The notes under the pieces: model-generated
The model's database searches: none
Told to the model about the DNA's origin: nothing
The model's input: the letters and a program-made list of their open reading frames with translations, nothing else
Source: Centruroides vittatus
Taxonomy: Eukaryota
Assembly (NCBI RefSeq): GCF_030686945.1
Contig: NW_027122681.1
Coordinates: forward strand, 1,802,938 to 1,866,937
Direction: 5' to 3'
DNA length: 64,000 nt
Shown here: positions 23,136 through 34,215 of the stretch, one piece after another
Layout of the letters: each line of letters starts with the position of its first letter
Position numbering within the stretch: position 1 is the first letter of the stretch
Made by a program: the position numbers and the translations under genes

Positions 23136-23813
23136 AATTTCAGACCAATTACTTTAACTTCATAACTGTAGATACTACAAAGTTAAATATGATACAGTTT
23201 ACTAATATATGATTACAATACAAAAGTAAAACAAATAATAATATTAGAACATTCAAAATTTTATGATTAAACTATTATGAACTTGAAATGGCCATGTATG
23301 TGGCTGAGATAGTTAAAGTATCATCTTATTGCTCTTGGAGATCAGGGTATCAAATCAAGGCAATCAAAAAACCCCAGGAATTTTTCACAGACTCTCTTGT
23401 ATTTGTTGGTCATGAACCTCACCACCTCCCTTCCCTCATTGTGACCAAATCCAAAATGGTTATGAAAAAGGCAGTTCTACTGCTCACAAAAATAAACAAA
23501 CCTTAAACTGAAATCAATTTAGAGATATTCCTTTACTTCTACTCTATCTTTGTATTATAAATAAATTGACTTTATCTGATACCAAAAAATAGACTGATCA
23601 TTTTACTATTATAATTTGGAAAAAATAGTTTTGGATTTATATTATCAAGACTAATTATAAACAGTTCAATATTCTTCACTTAGATTACAAAATCAAAAAT
23701 AATTTCTGATATTTATTTAACTAAAATACATGTTTCCATCATTTCAAATTGCACTAATATTTACCAAAACAGATATATTTATAACACGATTTATTACATA
23801 TTATTTAACATAC

Positions 23814-23945
23814 CTGTGAGTCTTCTTCAGAAGTATTTTCAATCCACATTCTTGGAACATGAACTTCTTTCAAACTTATACATAATGTGAATCCATTACC
23901 TAATATTGAATTTTCAAGTTTCACTACAGCTTTTGTTTCTGTTCT
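23814..23945 (-). CDS. PARP4: PARP4-like exon (RTETKAVVKLENSILGNGFTLCISLKEVHVPRMWIENTSEEDSQ)
   Basis: Acceptor ttctag; donor CTCACAG|gtatgttaaat; 44 codons, phase 0. Confidence 0.4.
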
Positions 23946-24047
23946 CTAGAAGTGCAAAGAAACATAATTCATAAATTTTGTATAAATTATATAATAGTCT
24001 TAATTTTAAACTTAATAATTTAAGTAATAAGTACATAAAGAATTTAC

Positions 24048-24167
24048 CTTTGTCATAATTTTGTGTGTTGGAGAAGAAATAATATGAATGGGAAAAGGCA
24101 TGTCTACAGATATTTTTAGTGAAAATGAACCTTTCATATCCATTAGATTTACAGATGACATTACATC
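24048..24167 (-). CDS. PARP4: PARP4-like exon, VIT C-terminal region (DVMSSVNLMDMKGSFSLKISVDMPFPIHIISSPTHKIMTK)
   Basis: Acceptor taaatag; donor ACAAAG|gtaaattc; 40 codons in phase with the neighbouring exons. Confidence 0.4.
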
Positions 24168-24812
24168 CTATTTAAAAACAAAACTTAATAATAAAATAAA
24201 TGTTTTATTAAAAATTCATTCAAAAATTTAAAATCATCTTAATAAACTAACTACCAAAAATTTTTTTGAAAACTAATTTTATAACTTACATTATTATTTT
24301 TTGAAGTATTAATTGGCATTAAATCTAAAATACAAATATATTGTGCAGCATCGTGTTTATAATTATTACCACAGTTTCTTTGTTTCTATTTACTCATGTT
24401 AACGATTAATTTATATTTTATCACAGCAGCACAGATGAGCAGCATTAATAAAAATTGTGCAGCTATATTAATTAGCCATTGCTGTTAAAGATATAAGTAT
24501 CATCTAAACTAACAATGTTTTATAAAATCTACACCCTTGCAATATATTCTTGGTCTTTCAGTATCAAAGCAATGCATATTACTGTAAAACATTTTATACA
24601 ACTGACTACAGAATGAATCATTCTGTTTTTTAACATTTAAAATATTGAATAAGTTGAAAGTATTTACTCAATTTTATATCTTTTAATGCCATGTAAGTTT
24701 GGATAAACTGCATCAAATTAAGATATTTCCATATAGTTTTAAAATATAGTTTATGTAAAATTCTTATTAGTTAAATTAAATTTAATCATTTTATATTGAA
24801 TTATTAACTTAC

Positions 24813-24971
24813 CTGAGTTTCAGTAATCAATTGTGAATGCCAAGGTGCAACAGTACCAGGTATATTAAAATTTATCACCTCATCGATTACAGGCAATTCT
24901 ATTATGTACGTAATTTTAATGATCACTGTAGTTTTAGGGGGAATATTACCAACACTTACAGTAAATACATT
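24813..24971 (-). CDS. PARP4: PARP4-like exon: VIT domain core (NVFTVSVGNIPPKTTVIIKITYIIELPVIDEVINFNIPGTVAPWHSQLITETQ)
   Basis: Acceptor tttttcag; donor ACTCAG|gtaagttaat. VFTxSVGNIPP is the VIT hallmark. Overlaps ORF 24804..25022. Confidence 0.7.
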
Positions 24972-25040
24972 CTGAAAAATAACATAATAATGATATTTTT
25001 GTATGAGCATTAATGTTTCCAATTAGAATACTGTACTTAC

Positions 25041-25259
25041 TGGTTGTTCTTCATCCATAAGATATGCCCCATGCCCTTCCTTAATGGCCTCTTTATATTC
25101 TTTATGAGCAGTTTCTTTCTCTTTTATCTCACCAACAATATGTTTATCATTTATGAATGCTTCAAAGCCACAAACAGCTGCTCCTACTTCTAAAGGAAAA
25201 ATATATTTGGCTTCCACAGAGCTATCATTGTTGTTTTCATACACTTGCAGAACAATTAC
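25041..25259 (-). CDS. PARP4: PARP4-like exon: VIT domain N-part (VIVLQVYENNNDSSVEAKYIFPLEVGAAVCGFEAFINDKHIVGEIKEKETAHKEYKEAIKEGHGAYLMDEEQP)
   Basis: Acceptor ctatacag; donor CAACCA|gtaagtacag. Canonical VIT motifs are present (YxFPLxxxAAVxxFxAxIxxxxIxGxIKEKExA…Y). Overlaps ORF 25023..25244. Confidence 0.7.
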
Positions 25260-25338
25260 CTGTATAGAAATTAATATATTAATTTTGTAGATTAATAAAT
25301 TACATAAATAAATTTTTTATATAGTTTATCTGTAATAC

Positions 25339-25481
25339 TTCAGACACTAAATCGATTATTTTTGCTTGAACATCAACTGATTTTAAGGGAACATCAATAT
25401 TTTCTACATTATTTATTAATTTCAAGCCAGCTTCTATTTTTTTATTACTTTCCACACTTAAATTCTCTTCAGTTTCAAAAT
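25339..25481 (-). CDS. PARP4: PARP4-like exon, linker (DFETEENLSVESNKKIEAGLKLINNVENIDVPLKSVDVQAKIIDLVSE)
   Basis: Acceptor ttatttacag, phase 1 in; donor TCTGAA|gtattacag, phase 0 out. Confidence 0.5.
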
Positions 25482-25799
25482 CTGTAAATAATAAAATAAT
25501 ATTTTATTTAATGAAAGTTAAAGTAAACAATCAGCTGAAAACAAAAATATTTTAGTATTTTTAAAGATGCAAATTTGTATCTAATTTATTTTACAATTTT
25601 AATATTAAATTTTATAAATTCTACTTGAATTTGCTGATATACAGCATAAATTAATATATTTAAAATTTGCCATATGATATAGATATTATATTTCATTCAG
25701 TTTTATAGACTTTCAAAACAAATTACTTTCTTTGGAAATTGTTTGTCAACTTAATCTACTTAATTTTATAGATTCAACATATCTGTAAATACATTTTAC

Positions 25800-25956
25800 C
25801 TAAATTAATATGATTTTTATCAAATTTAAGAGAAGGTTCTTCTACTAAAAGCTCTGTGAAATCTGGAAAAGGTTTCACATCATCCTCTGGCAATGAAAAT
25901 TCAATCAAATATTTTAATTGTTGTTGACAAGGATCATATATAACAAATTCGTTATC
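25800..25956 (-). CDS. PARP4: PARP4-like exon: catalytic Glu (DNEFVIYDPCQQQLKYLIEF…) and linker
   Basis: Acceptor tgttacaacag; donor AATTTAG|gtaaaatg. NEFVIYD…LKYLIEF matches PARP1 [22 protein letters not shown]. Confidence 0.65.
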
Positions 25957-26031
25957 CTGTTGTAACACAAAATAACAATAAGATTTAATGAAATAATTCT
26001 TAATAATTAAAGGCAATAACTATAATTTCAC

Positions 26032-26215
26032 CTGAAAATCAGATACTTCAGAATCAGATGTTTTAATTCCATGAACACTTTCAAATCCTTCTGGAGGCTT
26101 AACCAGAGAAATCTGAAACTTATTTGTATGGTATACTTTTCCTAATGCAACTTCACAAACCAGGATAAATCTGGTATTCCTCATTTTATTTACAGCAGAA
26201 TATTTAATGCAAGAA
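26032..26215 (-). CDS. PARP4: PARP4-like exon: PARP catalytic domain continued (SSCIKYSAVNKMRNTRFILVCEVALGKVYHTNKFQISLVKPPEGFESVHGIKTSDSEVSDFQ)
   Basis: Acceptor ttaattttag joins in phase 2 (AG+T). Donor TTTCAG|gtgaaatt. FILVCEVALGK matches PARP1 LILLGEVALGN. Confidence 0.65.
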
Positions 26216-26651
26216 CTAAAATTAAGTTAAAATATACATTTCAATATTATAATACTAATAATATTAGATTAACAGATTTTCATTTACTATAATTATTACA
26301 AACTGTATAAATAATTGCCAAGCCCCATATTAATATATAAATACATAACTGCCATATTTTTCAGACTATATTGTGATTGCTAATTCATTACATAAACTAA
26401 ATAGTTTAGTTTAAAGGCAGACACTTAAAATTCATCTTCTATTAAATTTATTAACCAGAAATTAATTTAGATTAAAATTAATAATTTAGAATTTTATGGA
26501 AGAAAAGAATGACTCAGAATGGACTTGATTTTGCATCTTTAATACATCATGCAGATGCTTTACCAGTTATACTGCATGTAACTCCATCTGATCTTTTCTT
26601 CCAGACATGTGTTATTCAAAGTCATATAGTCAAACATGTTAATTATGTGAG

Positions 26652-27356
26652 TGTAAAGGTCGCCTTTGGTGGCCTGTGTCAAAGAAACCGCCCGACTGAG
26701 GTAATTGCTCCCACCTGGGGTCGGGGCCATAAACGGCCGGAAGGATCAAAGGTGGAGCGTCTCCACTTAAGGGACAATGTGTTGGCCACGTGCCGGCCAG
26801 CTTGAGAAAACAAGAATAAATAAAGCACGGACGCAAATGTGAGCTACGTCGGCGGGAGATAGGGCGGACGTCTTGGAAGGCTCTAAGAAGGGAAAGGAAG
26901 TGATTGGTCGCAGGAGGCAGTGCCAGAATCCCTTAAATTGGAAGGGTGGCAAAAAAGCGAGGAGAAAGGGCGAGGGACCTGGTACGTGGCGGTCTCTAAC
27001 AACAGGCAGACCTTTGAGGCGGATAGAGAGAGTGTTCTCCTCTTGGAAAGTCCTCTGGAGAAAGGTTGTTGTAGAGACGGACGGCCACGAGGTTAAGCCA
27101 TCTCCGGAAGAGTGACTCGTGTTCCCAGGCCAGCTAAGTCGACGTGCTGCATCACAGCTTCGATACTGTAGTGTACGTAATGCTATTACATAGTGTATAT
27201 CTTTGTAAATATTTGTAAATAAACTGTATATAACTAATTATCGAGTGTGGAGGTGTGACTTTCAACGGACCATCAAACGGACAATCTCGAGGCGTAAAGA
27301 ACGACTCGGGACGGAACATTTGTAAAGATCACGAGACGAGTAAGAAGGATCTTCAC
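26652..27356 (+). repeat. 5' LTR (705 bp) of a young non-autonomous LTR retrotransposon
   Basis: Near-identical to 29688-30392, with one visible mismatch (gggaaagg versus ggggaagg). Starts TGTAAAGG and ends …CTTCAC. It is followed by a TGG-type PBS, TGGCGCAGTCTTCGAC, at 27357. Confidence 0.85.
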
Positions 27357-27826
27357 TGGCGCAGTCTTCGACAGGATATTCTTGCAAATCTTCAGGAGAT
27401 TCTCGCAAGACGACAGGAAAGTACTGAGCCCACATTCGAGATTTGGATACTTACGGAAGGAAGAGTAGCCGGAAATCAAGGCGGAACAGAACTCAACATT
27501 GGTAAGTTGTTCTTGATTATTTGTATTCAGAATGCCGGGACGCGGAAGGACTCAAGGGTCAAAAAGGGGTATGCCATGTTCTGAGGATCAGGGAGGTCGG
27601 GCTGATCTTAGTCAATCCCAGGAAATGGATACGGAGCCAGAAAGGGAAATTTTGGACCCCGAGGTCGAGGTTACAGACAACCAGAATGAAATAGAGGGGA
27701 CGTGAGTCTGACGAGTTAGAGAAGTTACGCTTGCAGATTAGACTAGCCGAAATAGACTACTAAAAACAAAGAAATAGAAATTAAAAACAGGAAATTGAAA
27801 GGGACATTAGAAAAAGCGAAATCGAA

Positions 27827-29500
27827 ATGGAAATTAGAAAAAGCGAAATAGAGTTAGAGAGAGATCGTCTACGAAGTGAATCTAGGACTAGTAATAACTC
27901 TGAGCTGGGAGGTAACTTGGATAGCCTAGCTAGAAAAATCAGATGGGCTTTACCTAAAATGCCAGACAAGGAGGCGGAAGTACCGTCGTGGTTTCGGGCC
28001 GTAGAGGTAGTGTTACAAACGTACGATGTGCCGGAAGAACTTCAGGGGCAGCTAGTTTTAACGGTGCTATCGGAGAAATGTAAAACGGCGTTAAATAGGC
28101 TTACGGCAGACGAGATCAGGGATTACCAAACCTTAAAACAATTCCTACTAGACGAGCTGAGACTGTCTGCCGCTGAGTACCTCAAAGAGTTCACTTCCGC
28201 TGAAAAGGGAAGCAAAGAAACGTGGCCCCAATTTGCAGCTAGAATGGAGGATCTGTATCGGTATTATCTGAATAGTAGAGGCGTAGATTCTTTTGGGCAG
28301 CTAACAAAATTAGTGGTCTCGGATCACCTTAAGACTAAGTTAGATGCCGACACTAAGCGTTACGTTTTGTTGCAAGAAGGTAAAGGCTGGTTCCCACCGG
28401 AAGAGTTAGCCAGATACGCAGATAAGCATGCGGAGGCTGTGGGAAAGGGTGACGTTAGACTTATACCTGAACGCGAAAGGGATAGAACAGTCACTAGAAC
28501 TGGAGGCATGAGCGCGAACAATGGAGGATCAAGAATGAGATGCTATGTCTGTGACCAAATGGGTCATCTCAGAAGGGATTGTCCTCGGAGACATATTAAA
28601 GAGGAAGGACCGAAGTCTAAAGCAACGCGAGCGGTTAAAATAGACGAAACGGTAGAATCGGACGAGCAGCTAGTAGCTAGGGTAAAGGTGAACAGGGAAA
28701 CGATCAGCGGAAACGTACCCGTTAGTGTAAACAAAAATCTCCTGCTCGCTTGTAAAGATAATAAATTTTCTGCAATAGTGGACACGGGGGTAGATATGAC
28801 GGTTATTAGGAAGTCTGTAGTGCCTGTTTACGTGTCGCGGGCAGCGAGAAAGGTTAAGTTGATCAGCGCATTTGGGCAGCAGGTATCAGCAGTGTTAGCG
28901 ACAATACCTGTAAGACTAGAAGGGAGGTCGAATAAAAAGAAAAATGATTACGCTCCAGCCTTGATAACTTGCGCATTAACTGACGAACTTAGCTGCGGTA
29001 CAGATGCATTACTTTCGGCAGCCGATTATTGCGTTTTGAGGAGAGTCGAACGGACGAAAACGAATAGGCGACGGAAACCAGTCGCGAGGGTTACGGTTGC
29101 GAAAGAAAGCGGGGAAAATAGGACGAGCCCCACGACAAATAAAAAGAGCGATGCTAGAAAATATTGTAAGGCGGGTCATGGTCGGCAGGCAAGCGTTCCC
29201 CTTCGGCTAGTTGACCGCACGCCTCTTAAGGAACAATCGGTCCCTAGGGCATTGGTAGCGCGGGATAATAAGGCAAAAATCGCGCACAGAAGAGGGAAAA
29301 ATCGTAATGAGATCGACGTACTATCCAGACGGGAAATCAGGAGCAATCCGGAACCCCCAGATCGTACAGACAAGGCAGTTATGTCGGTATTAAGTCCTTC
29401 GGATAGATGTAATCAGTATCTACCAGGCGATTCTGAATGCAATGTGACGGGACAATTTGCCGAAGATGTTATTGACTGTGTAAAATATCTTTTTCTGTAA
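27827..29500 (+). CDS. Gag-protease ORF (557 aa) of the truncated LTR element: capsid-like domain, CCHC zinc knuckle (CYVCDQMGHLRRDCP), aspartic protease (IVDTGVDMTVI); no RT or integrase
   Basis: ORF 27827..29500. The ORF ends 187 nt before the 3' LTR. A polypurine tract ggtgggagg lies immediately before the 3' LTR. Confidence 0.8.
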   Translation: MEIRKSEIELERDRLRSESRTSNNSELGGNLDSLARKIRWALPKMPDKEAEVPSWFRAVEVVLQTYDVPEELQGQLVLTVLSEKCKTALNRLTADEIRDYQTLKQFLLDELRLSAAEYLKEFTSAEKGSKETWPQFAARMEDLYRYYLNSRGVDSFGQLTKLVVSDHLKTKLDADTKRYVLLQEGKGWFPPEELARYADKHAEAVGKGDVRLIPERERDRTVTRTGGMSANNGGSRMRCYVCDQMGHLRRDCPRRHIKEEGPKSKATRAVKIDETVESDEQLVARVKVNRETISGNVPVSVNKNLLLACKDNKFSAIVDTGVDMTVIRKSVVPVYVSRAARKVKLISAFGQQVSAVLATIPVRLEGRSNKKKNDYAPALITCALTDELSCGTDALLSAADYCVLRRVERTKTNRRRKPVARVTVAKESGENRTSPTTNKKSDARKYCKAGHGRQASVPLRLVDRTPLKEQSVPRALVARDNKAKIAHRRGKNRNEIDVLSRREIRSNPEPPDRTDKAVMSVLSPSDRCNQYLPGDSECNVTGQFAEDVIDCVKYLFL

Positions 29501-29687
29501 AATATTAAATACTGTATATTGTTAGTATAGTTTATTATTTGTAGTAACTTGATCCTTGTAATAAGAAAGGAGGAAGTGTAGTGTAACAAAATAATTTGTA
29601 CGGTAAAGATTGCTGTGTGTCGCGGTAGTATTGTTTATGTCAAACAGGCTTTTGTTGAAGCGCAGTTTGAACCTTGTCGGTGGGAGG

Positions 29688-30392
29688 TGTAAAGGTCGCC
29701 TTTGGTGGCCTGTGTCAAAGAAACCGCCCGACTGAGGTAATTGCTCCCACCTGGGGTCGGGGCCATAAACGGCCGGAAGGATCAAAGGTGGAGCGTCTCC
29801 ACTTAAGGGACAATGTGTTGGCCACGTGCCGGCCAGCTTGAGAAAACAAGAATAAATAAAGCACGGACGCAAATGTGAGCTACGTCGGCGGGAGATAGGG
29901 CGGACGTCTTGGAAGGCTCTAAGAAGGGGAAGGAAGTGATTGGTCGCAGGAGGCAGTGCCAGAATCCCTTAAATTGGAAGGGTGGCAAAAAAGCGAGGAG
30001 AAAGGGCGAGGGACCTGGTACGTGGCGGTCTCTAACAACAGGCAGACCTTTGAGGCGGATAGAGAGAGTGTTCTCCTCTTGGAAAGTCCTCTGGAGAAAG
30101 GTTGTTGTAGAGACGGACGGCCACGAGGTTAAGCCATCTCCGGAAGAGTGACTCGTGTTCCCAGGCCAGCTAAGTCGACGTGCTGCATCACAGCTTCGAT
30201 ACTGTAGTGTACGTAATGCTATTACATAGTGTATATCTTTGTAAATATTTGTAAATAAACTGTATATAACTAATTATCGAGTGTGGAGGTGTGACTTTCA
30301 ACGGACCATCAAACGGACAATCTCGAGGCGTAAAGAACGACTCGGGACGGAACATTTGTAAAGATCACGAGACGAGTAAGAAGGATCTTCAC
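29688..30392 (+). repeat. 3' LTR (705 bp) of the same element
   Basis: Direct repeat of 26652-27356. A TGTGAG target-site duplication is present (26646-26651 and 30393-30398). Confidence 0.85.
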
Positions 30393-30394
30393 TG

Positions 30395-31640
30395 TGAGTA
30401 CTGGGATGACATATGTGTTTATTGCTTTAACTGTGTTCTGAGTATAGGATTTAACTTAATTTGGTATTCATTAATTAATCTTTGCTTTATTTATGTATGT
30501 TCTGTTAGTTTGGCCTGTTGGAATCCTAAATACTTGTAGAACTCACCTTCTTCCATGGATTCAATAACGTCTCCATCTCCAAGTGGAAAATCTTCTTTCT
30601 TCAGGATTTCTTTTTCTATGTGAAGTGGGCATTTATTTAGGCCAAACTCCATTTGTATGTCCTTGGTGTATGAATGTGTGATTTGTAGGAGTTGATGAAG
30701 TTGTTTTTGTGTAGATGCATAAAGTTTTATGTCATCCATGTACATGAGATGTGACAGTATAAACTGTGTTGTTTTTTCATGTCTGATATTGTAGCCATAT
30801 TGTGGGTTGTTTAACATGTTGGATAATGGGTTCAAGGCTAGGCAGAACCAGAGAGGACTCAAGGAATCTCCTTGAAAAATTCCTCATCTAATAAATATTT
30901 GGTCTGTTTGTATAAAAGTGTTATGAACCCTGAGATGTATTGTTGTTCTCCAATGCTGCATGGTGTTTTGGAAGAATGCAATGAGTGATGGATGTATTTT
31001 GTACATATGTAGAATATGTATTAGCCAACTGTGTGGAACACTGTTGAATGCTTTTCTGTAGTCTGTATATGCCATGTGTATGTTTGTGTTGTTTGTGTGC
31101 TTGCTGTAGAATGACTGAATCTATGAGTAACTGTTCTTTGCATCCCCTGTGATTTCTATCCTTTTTGTTGTTCCTTTTTGTTGTTCTGTTAGAATGTCGT
31201 GTTCTTCAACATGTTTGTATACTTTGTTTGTGATACAGGATTCAATAATTTGAAGAGTGTTGGAAGACATGTAATTGGTCTGTACTGTGGTATTGTTGTT
31301 TTTAGGTTTCATGTAGGCGATGCCCTGAGTAAGAAATTTTGGCATGTCTTGTGGATTGATGATGATGTGTGTTAGGTGTTTAGCTAGTTCCTGGTGCAGT
31401 GATGTAAATTTTTTGTACCAGAAATTGTGAATGTTGTCTACACCAGTTGTGTGTTCTGTTAACAGAGTAGTGGATGTTGTGTACGTTTATTTCAACATAG
31501 GGCATAGTTGGTATGTTATGCAAGTTTTTGTTCTCCTCCTCAATCCAGCCAGCATCAGCATTGTGTGTAACAGCACTGGACCAAAGAGAAGACCAGTAAG
31601 TTAAGAGTTCTTCTTCTGTTGATGTGCCACTGTGCTGTGT
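30395..31640 (-). mobile_element. Non-LTR (LINE) retrotransposon RT pseudogene, frameshifted, interrupted by the LTR-element insertion
   Basis: Three consecutive minus-strand ORFs in different frames carry RT motifs: 31121..31345; 30884..31075 (DYRKAFNSVPHSWL); 30491..30862 (FILSHLMYMDDIKLYAS…EFGLNKCPL, the YxDD motif). The sequence likely continues at about 26220-26651 on the other side of the insertion. Confidence 0.7.
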
Positions 31641-31801
31641 ATCAGTGTTTGTTTTGGTACTGATGTGTCTGTAGAAGAGTTTTTATTGTTTGTGAATAAT
31701 TTTGTTGTTTTTGTAGTGAACATGTTTTTATTATTATTATTATTAAAGTAATTAAATTAGTAATAATTAAATTTTTCATTAGAAATATAAACAAAACCAA
31801 C

Positions 31802-32038
31802 CTTGCAGAATCTGTAAAATAAATTCCACTGCCAAGCATTCCAACATCAGTTCTTTCAACTCCAGATTCTGCTACAATAACTTTTGGCAACTTCAAACCA
31901 CGTGAAAGAATACCAACAATGTTAGAAGATACAGTAGAGTGAAATAATAATTGTTTGTTTGTTATTTGGCTTGCAAATTCTGCATATTCTATATCACGAT
32001 GAATAGCATAAATATTATGAACTTTAATACATGTTTCC
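31802..32038 (-). CDS. PARP4: PARP4-like exon: PARP catalytic domain, H and Y of the triad (…LLFHSTVSSNIVGILSRGLKLPKVIVAESGVERTDVGMLGSGIYFTDSA)
   Basis: Acceptor ttttgtag; donor CTGCAAG|gttggtttt. It closely matches the PARP signature LLWHGSRxxNxxGILSxGLRIAPPEAPxTGYMFGKGIYFAD. Overlaps ORF 31642..32082. Confidence 0.7.
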
Positions 32039-33649
32039 CTACAAAAGAAAAAATGATAACATATTAATTTGCACACATACATTCACAGTTTTGTGTGTAG
32101 TGTGTATATACTCATACATGATAAAAGGGACATATACCTTCATGAAACAAAAAATATGCTAAAACTGATTTTAATTAGGCATATCCTATTCAATAGATAT
32201 ATTATTTTAAAACAAGTATAAACTTACTGATGTGGCCAACTTCAGAATATACAATTTCTGAACACACAAGTGAGGTGGTCACTTAGGTGGGATGTTTCTT
32301 TAACTCTGTCTTGTGGACACTAAGTGGACGTTACTAGCAAATCTATAATGATTTGCCAGTTACATAGTTACATTTTTTACAAAATACAATCAGGATTCAA
32401 AAAGGATCTAAGTAAACTTTCCAAAAACTATAGTAATGAAAGCTCAATTCATTTAAAATGCTTTTGTGGGTGTCTGCCATTTTGTTGTTTGTAAATACTA
32501 TATATAGAATTAGAACTCTTTCTTCTTTCCTTAATTCTTCTCCCTTCCGCTTTTAACCCTTCCCATCACCTGACAGGAACGACATTTTTTGTGGGTCCTG
32601 ACTGGTGGTTTTAACAAAAGGGACAGGAGGGGGTCCTGCCCGAATCAACCATGAGTCACAAGGGTAAGGATAATGGACACTTTTTGGTTTGACACCAAGG
32701 AGAGAAGTCTGGCGAGAGTGACCCAGAGACAAGGCTTAGAACGAAAGAGAGAGAGGGCCAGTACAGACCACGTGGGGACTAGGACCCGAAAATAATTGAA
32801 CCAGCCGTTCCGCAAAGGTCCGACAATTTGCCCCAGCACCCTTTTATGAGTGAATATTTTTTATTTTTTTGGATGCTGATGGATTGGAGATTCACCATCT
32901 GCAAGGCACCCATTGTCGACATCACCTTAGGATCAGGACCCACAAATCTAAACTACCGGTAGATTCTTCATCCTCTATCCTACTTTTCCCTTTTTTAGTT
33001 TTTAAGTAGCAATACTATTAGTTTTAAGTTTAATTGTAATTTTTGTTTAATCAGGATTGTATATATTTGCCAAACTCCTCGGAAGTCTGAACAAGAGGAG
33101 ACACGGTAAAAGATCTGTGTAATATCGTCTCCATGTTAATTGTTTCAGTTAATAAAGCGACTTGTTCGTTATTTCTTGTTTATTATTATGTGTTTACTTC
33201 ATAACATTTCACACTTTAAACAATACACTGCTTTTACAAATGCACATTCTGTTGGCCACATAAAAAGGAATAAATCCCTTTTGAATACTGCTATCTTAGC
33301 CACAAAAATGGAGTTTGATTTATATTAAAACTTATACAGTTTTACAGAAGAATTTCAGGGATGACCACATAAGTAAGATGGTCATCCCCGAAAGGTGGCA
33401 ACAAAGCAAAGATTTTACTACTTTGTATTATACATATATATATTTTCTGTTTGACCTTACAAACAGAAAAAAACCAAAAATACTCCTATAGCTTAGGAAC
33501 CAAGAGCAAGAGGAAAGAGAGACTGTTCTAGCCTGTCACAAGACAAGGCTCAACTCCATTGTTTTACACAGTACAAGTGGATATATGTTCAAATATCCTC
33601 AATAGGAAAATACTGGAGTGCAGGAGTGAACAACAAATTAATCTCAAGT

Positions 33650-34215
33650 TCCTAGTAAAAACAAAGAATTCTGATTGAACCTTTCAATTATTGACTGAGT
33701 TTTACAATGAAGAGTGCATGTCTTATGCATACATTTTTGAATGGCACAAACAATTTTTGGAAGGAGAGAAAACCTAGGCCATATTGATTATTTTCTTCAA
33801 TATCCAGGATATTGTAATGGCAAAGTGGATTCTTGGACTAGACAGCTATATTACCTTGAAGACTTGATAAAATTGCACATGAGAAAGTAATGACCAGAAT
33901 TATGGAGAAATGATTGGATTTTGCACCAAGACCACATCAGCCCTCACAACACTGTCTGTGAAGCAGTTTTCATCTAATCACATCATCATTGTGCTTGAGC
34001 ACCCACCCTAATTTGCCACTTGGCTCCCTGCAACTTCTATCTCTTCCCAAGAATCAAGTCTGTGCTCAAAGGAACCCATTTTTTGTCATAGGAGATATGA
34101 AAGTAAAAACAACAGAGATTCTCAAGTCTTTCAGAAAATGGTCTAAAGAACAACCTTGAATGTCGCCAGAATCATGTGCAGCTGTGTGTCAACTGGAACT
34201 ATTTTGAAGATCGTA
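33650..34215 (+). pseudogene. Tc1/mariner-like transposase pseudogene fragment (…DWILHQD…ISPH…HPP-LICHLAPCNFYLFPRIKSVLKGTHF…with stops)
   Basis: Translation shows the DDE/D transposase C-terminal consensus (WILHQDNAxxH…HPPYSPDLAPxDFFLFPKLK…LKG..F), interrupted by stop codons. Confidence 0.55.

Larger units (their letters stand above)
26652..30392 (+). mobile_element. 3.74-kb internally deleted LTR retrotransposon (LTR-gag-PR-LTR) with TSD, inserted into a LINE RT pseudogene inside the intron between the two PARP catalytic exons
   Basis: LTR identity is about 99.9%. The TSD, PBS and PPT are all present. Internal ORFs on the minus strand within the LTRs (26639..26836, 29522..29872 and others) are LTR-derived noise. 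Confidence 0.8.

Noticed and set aside
29522-29988. Minus-strand ORFs inside the LTRs (26639..26952, 29522..29988) as genes
   Set aside because: They are identical in both LTR copies and simply reflect open frames in GC-rich LTR sequence.
31642-32082. Stand-alone 146-aa gene starting at M (ORF 31642..32082)
   Set aside because: The ORF's upstream part (MYVCKLICYHFFFC) runs through an intron. Only 31802-32038 is the spliced PARP catalytic exon.
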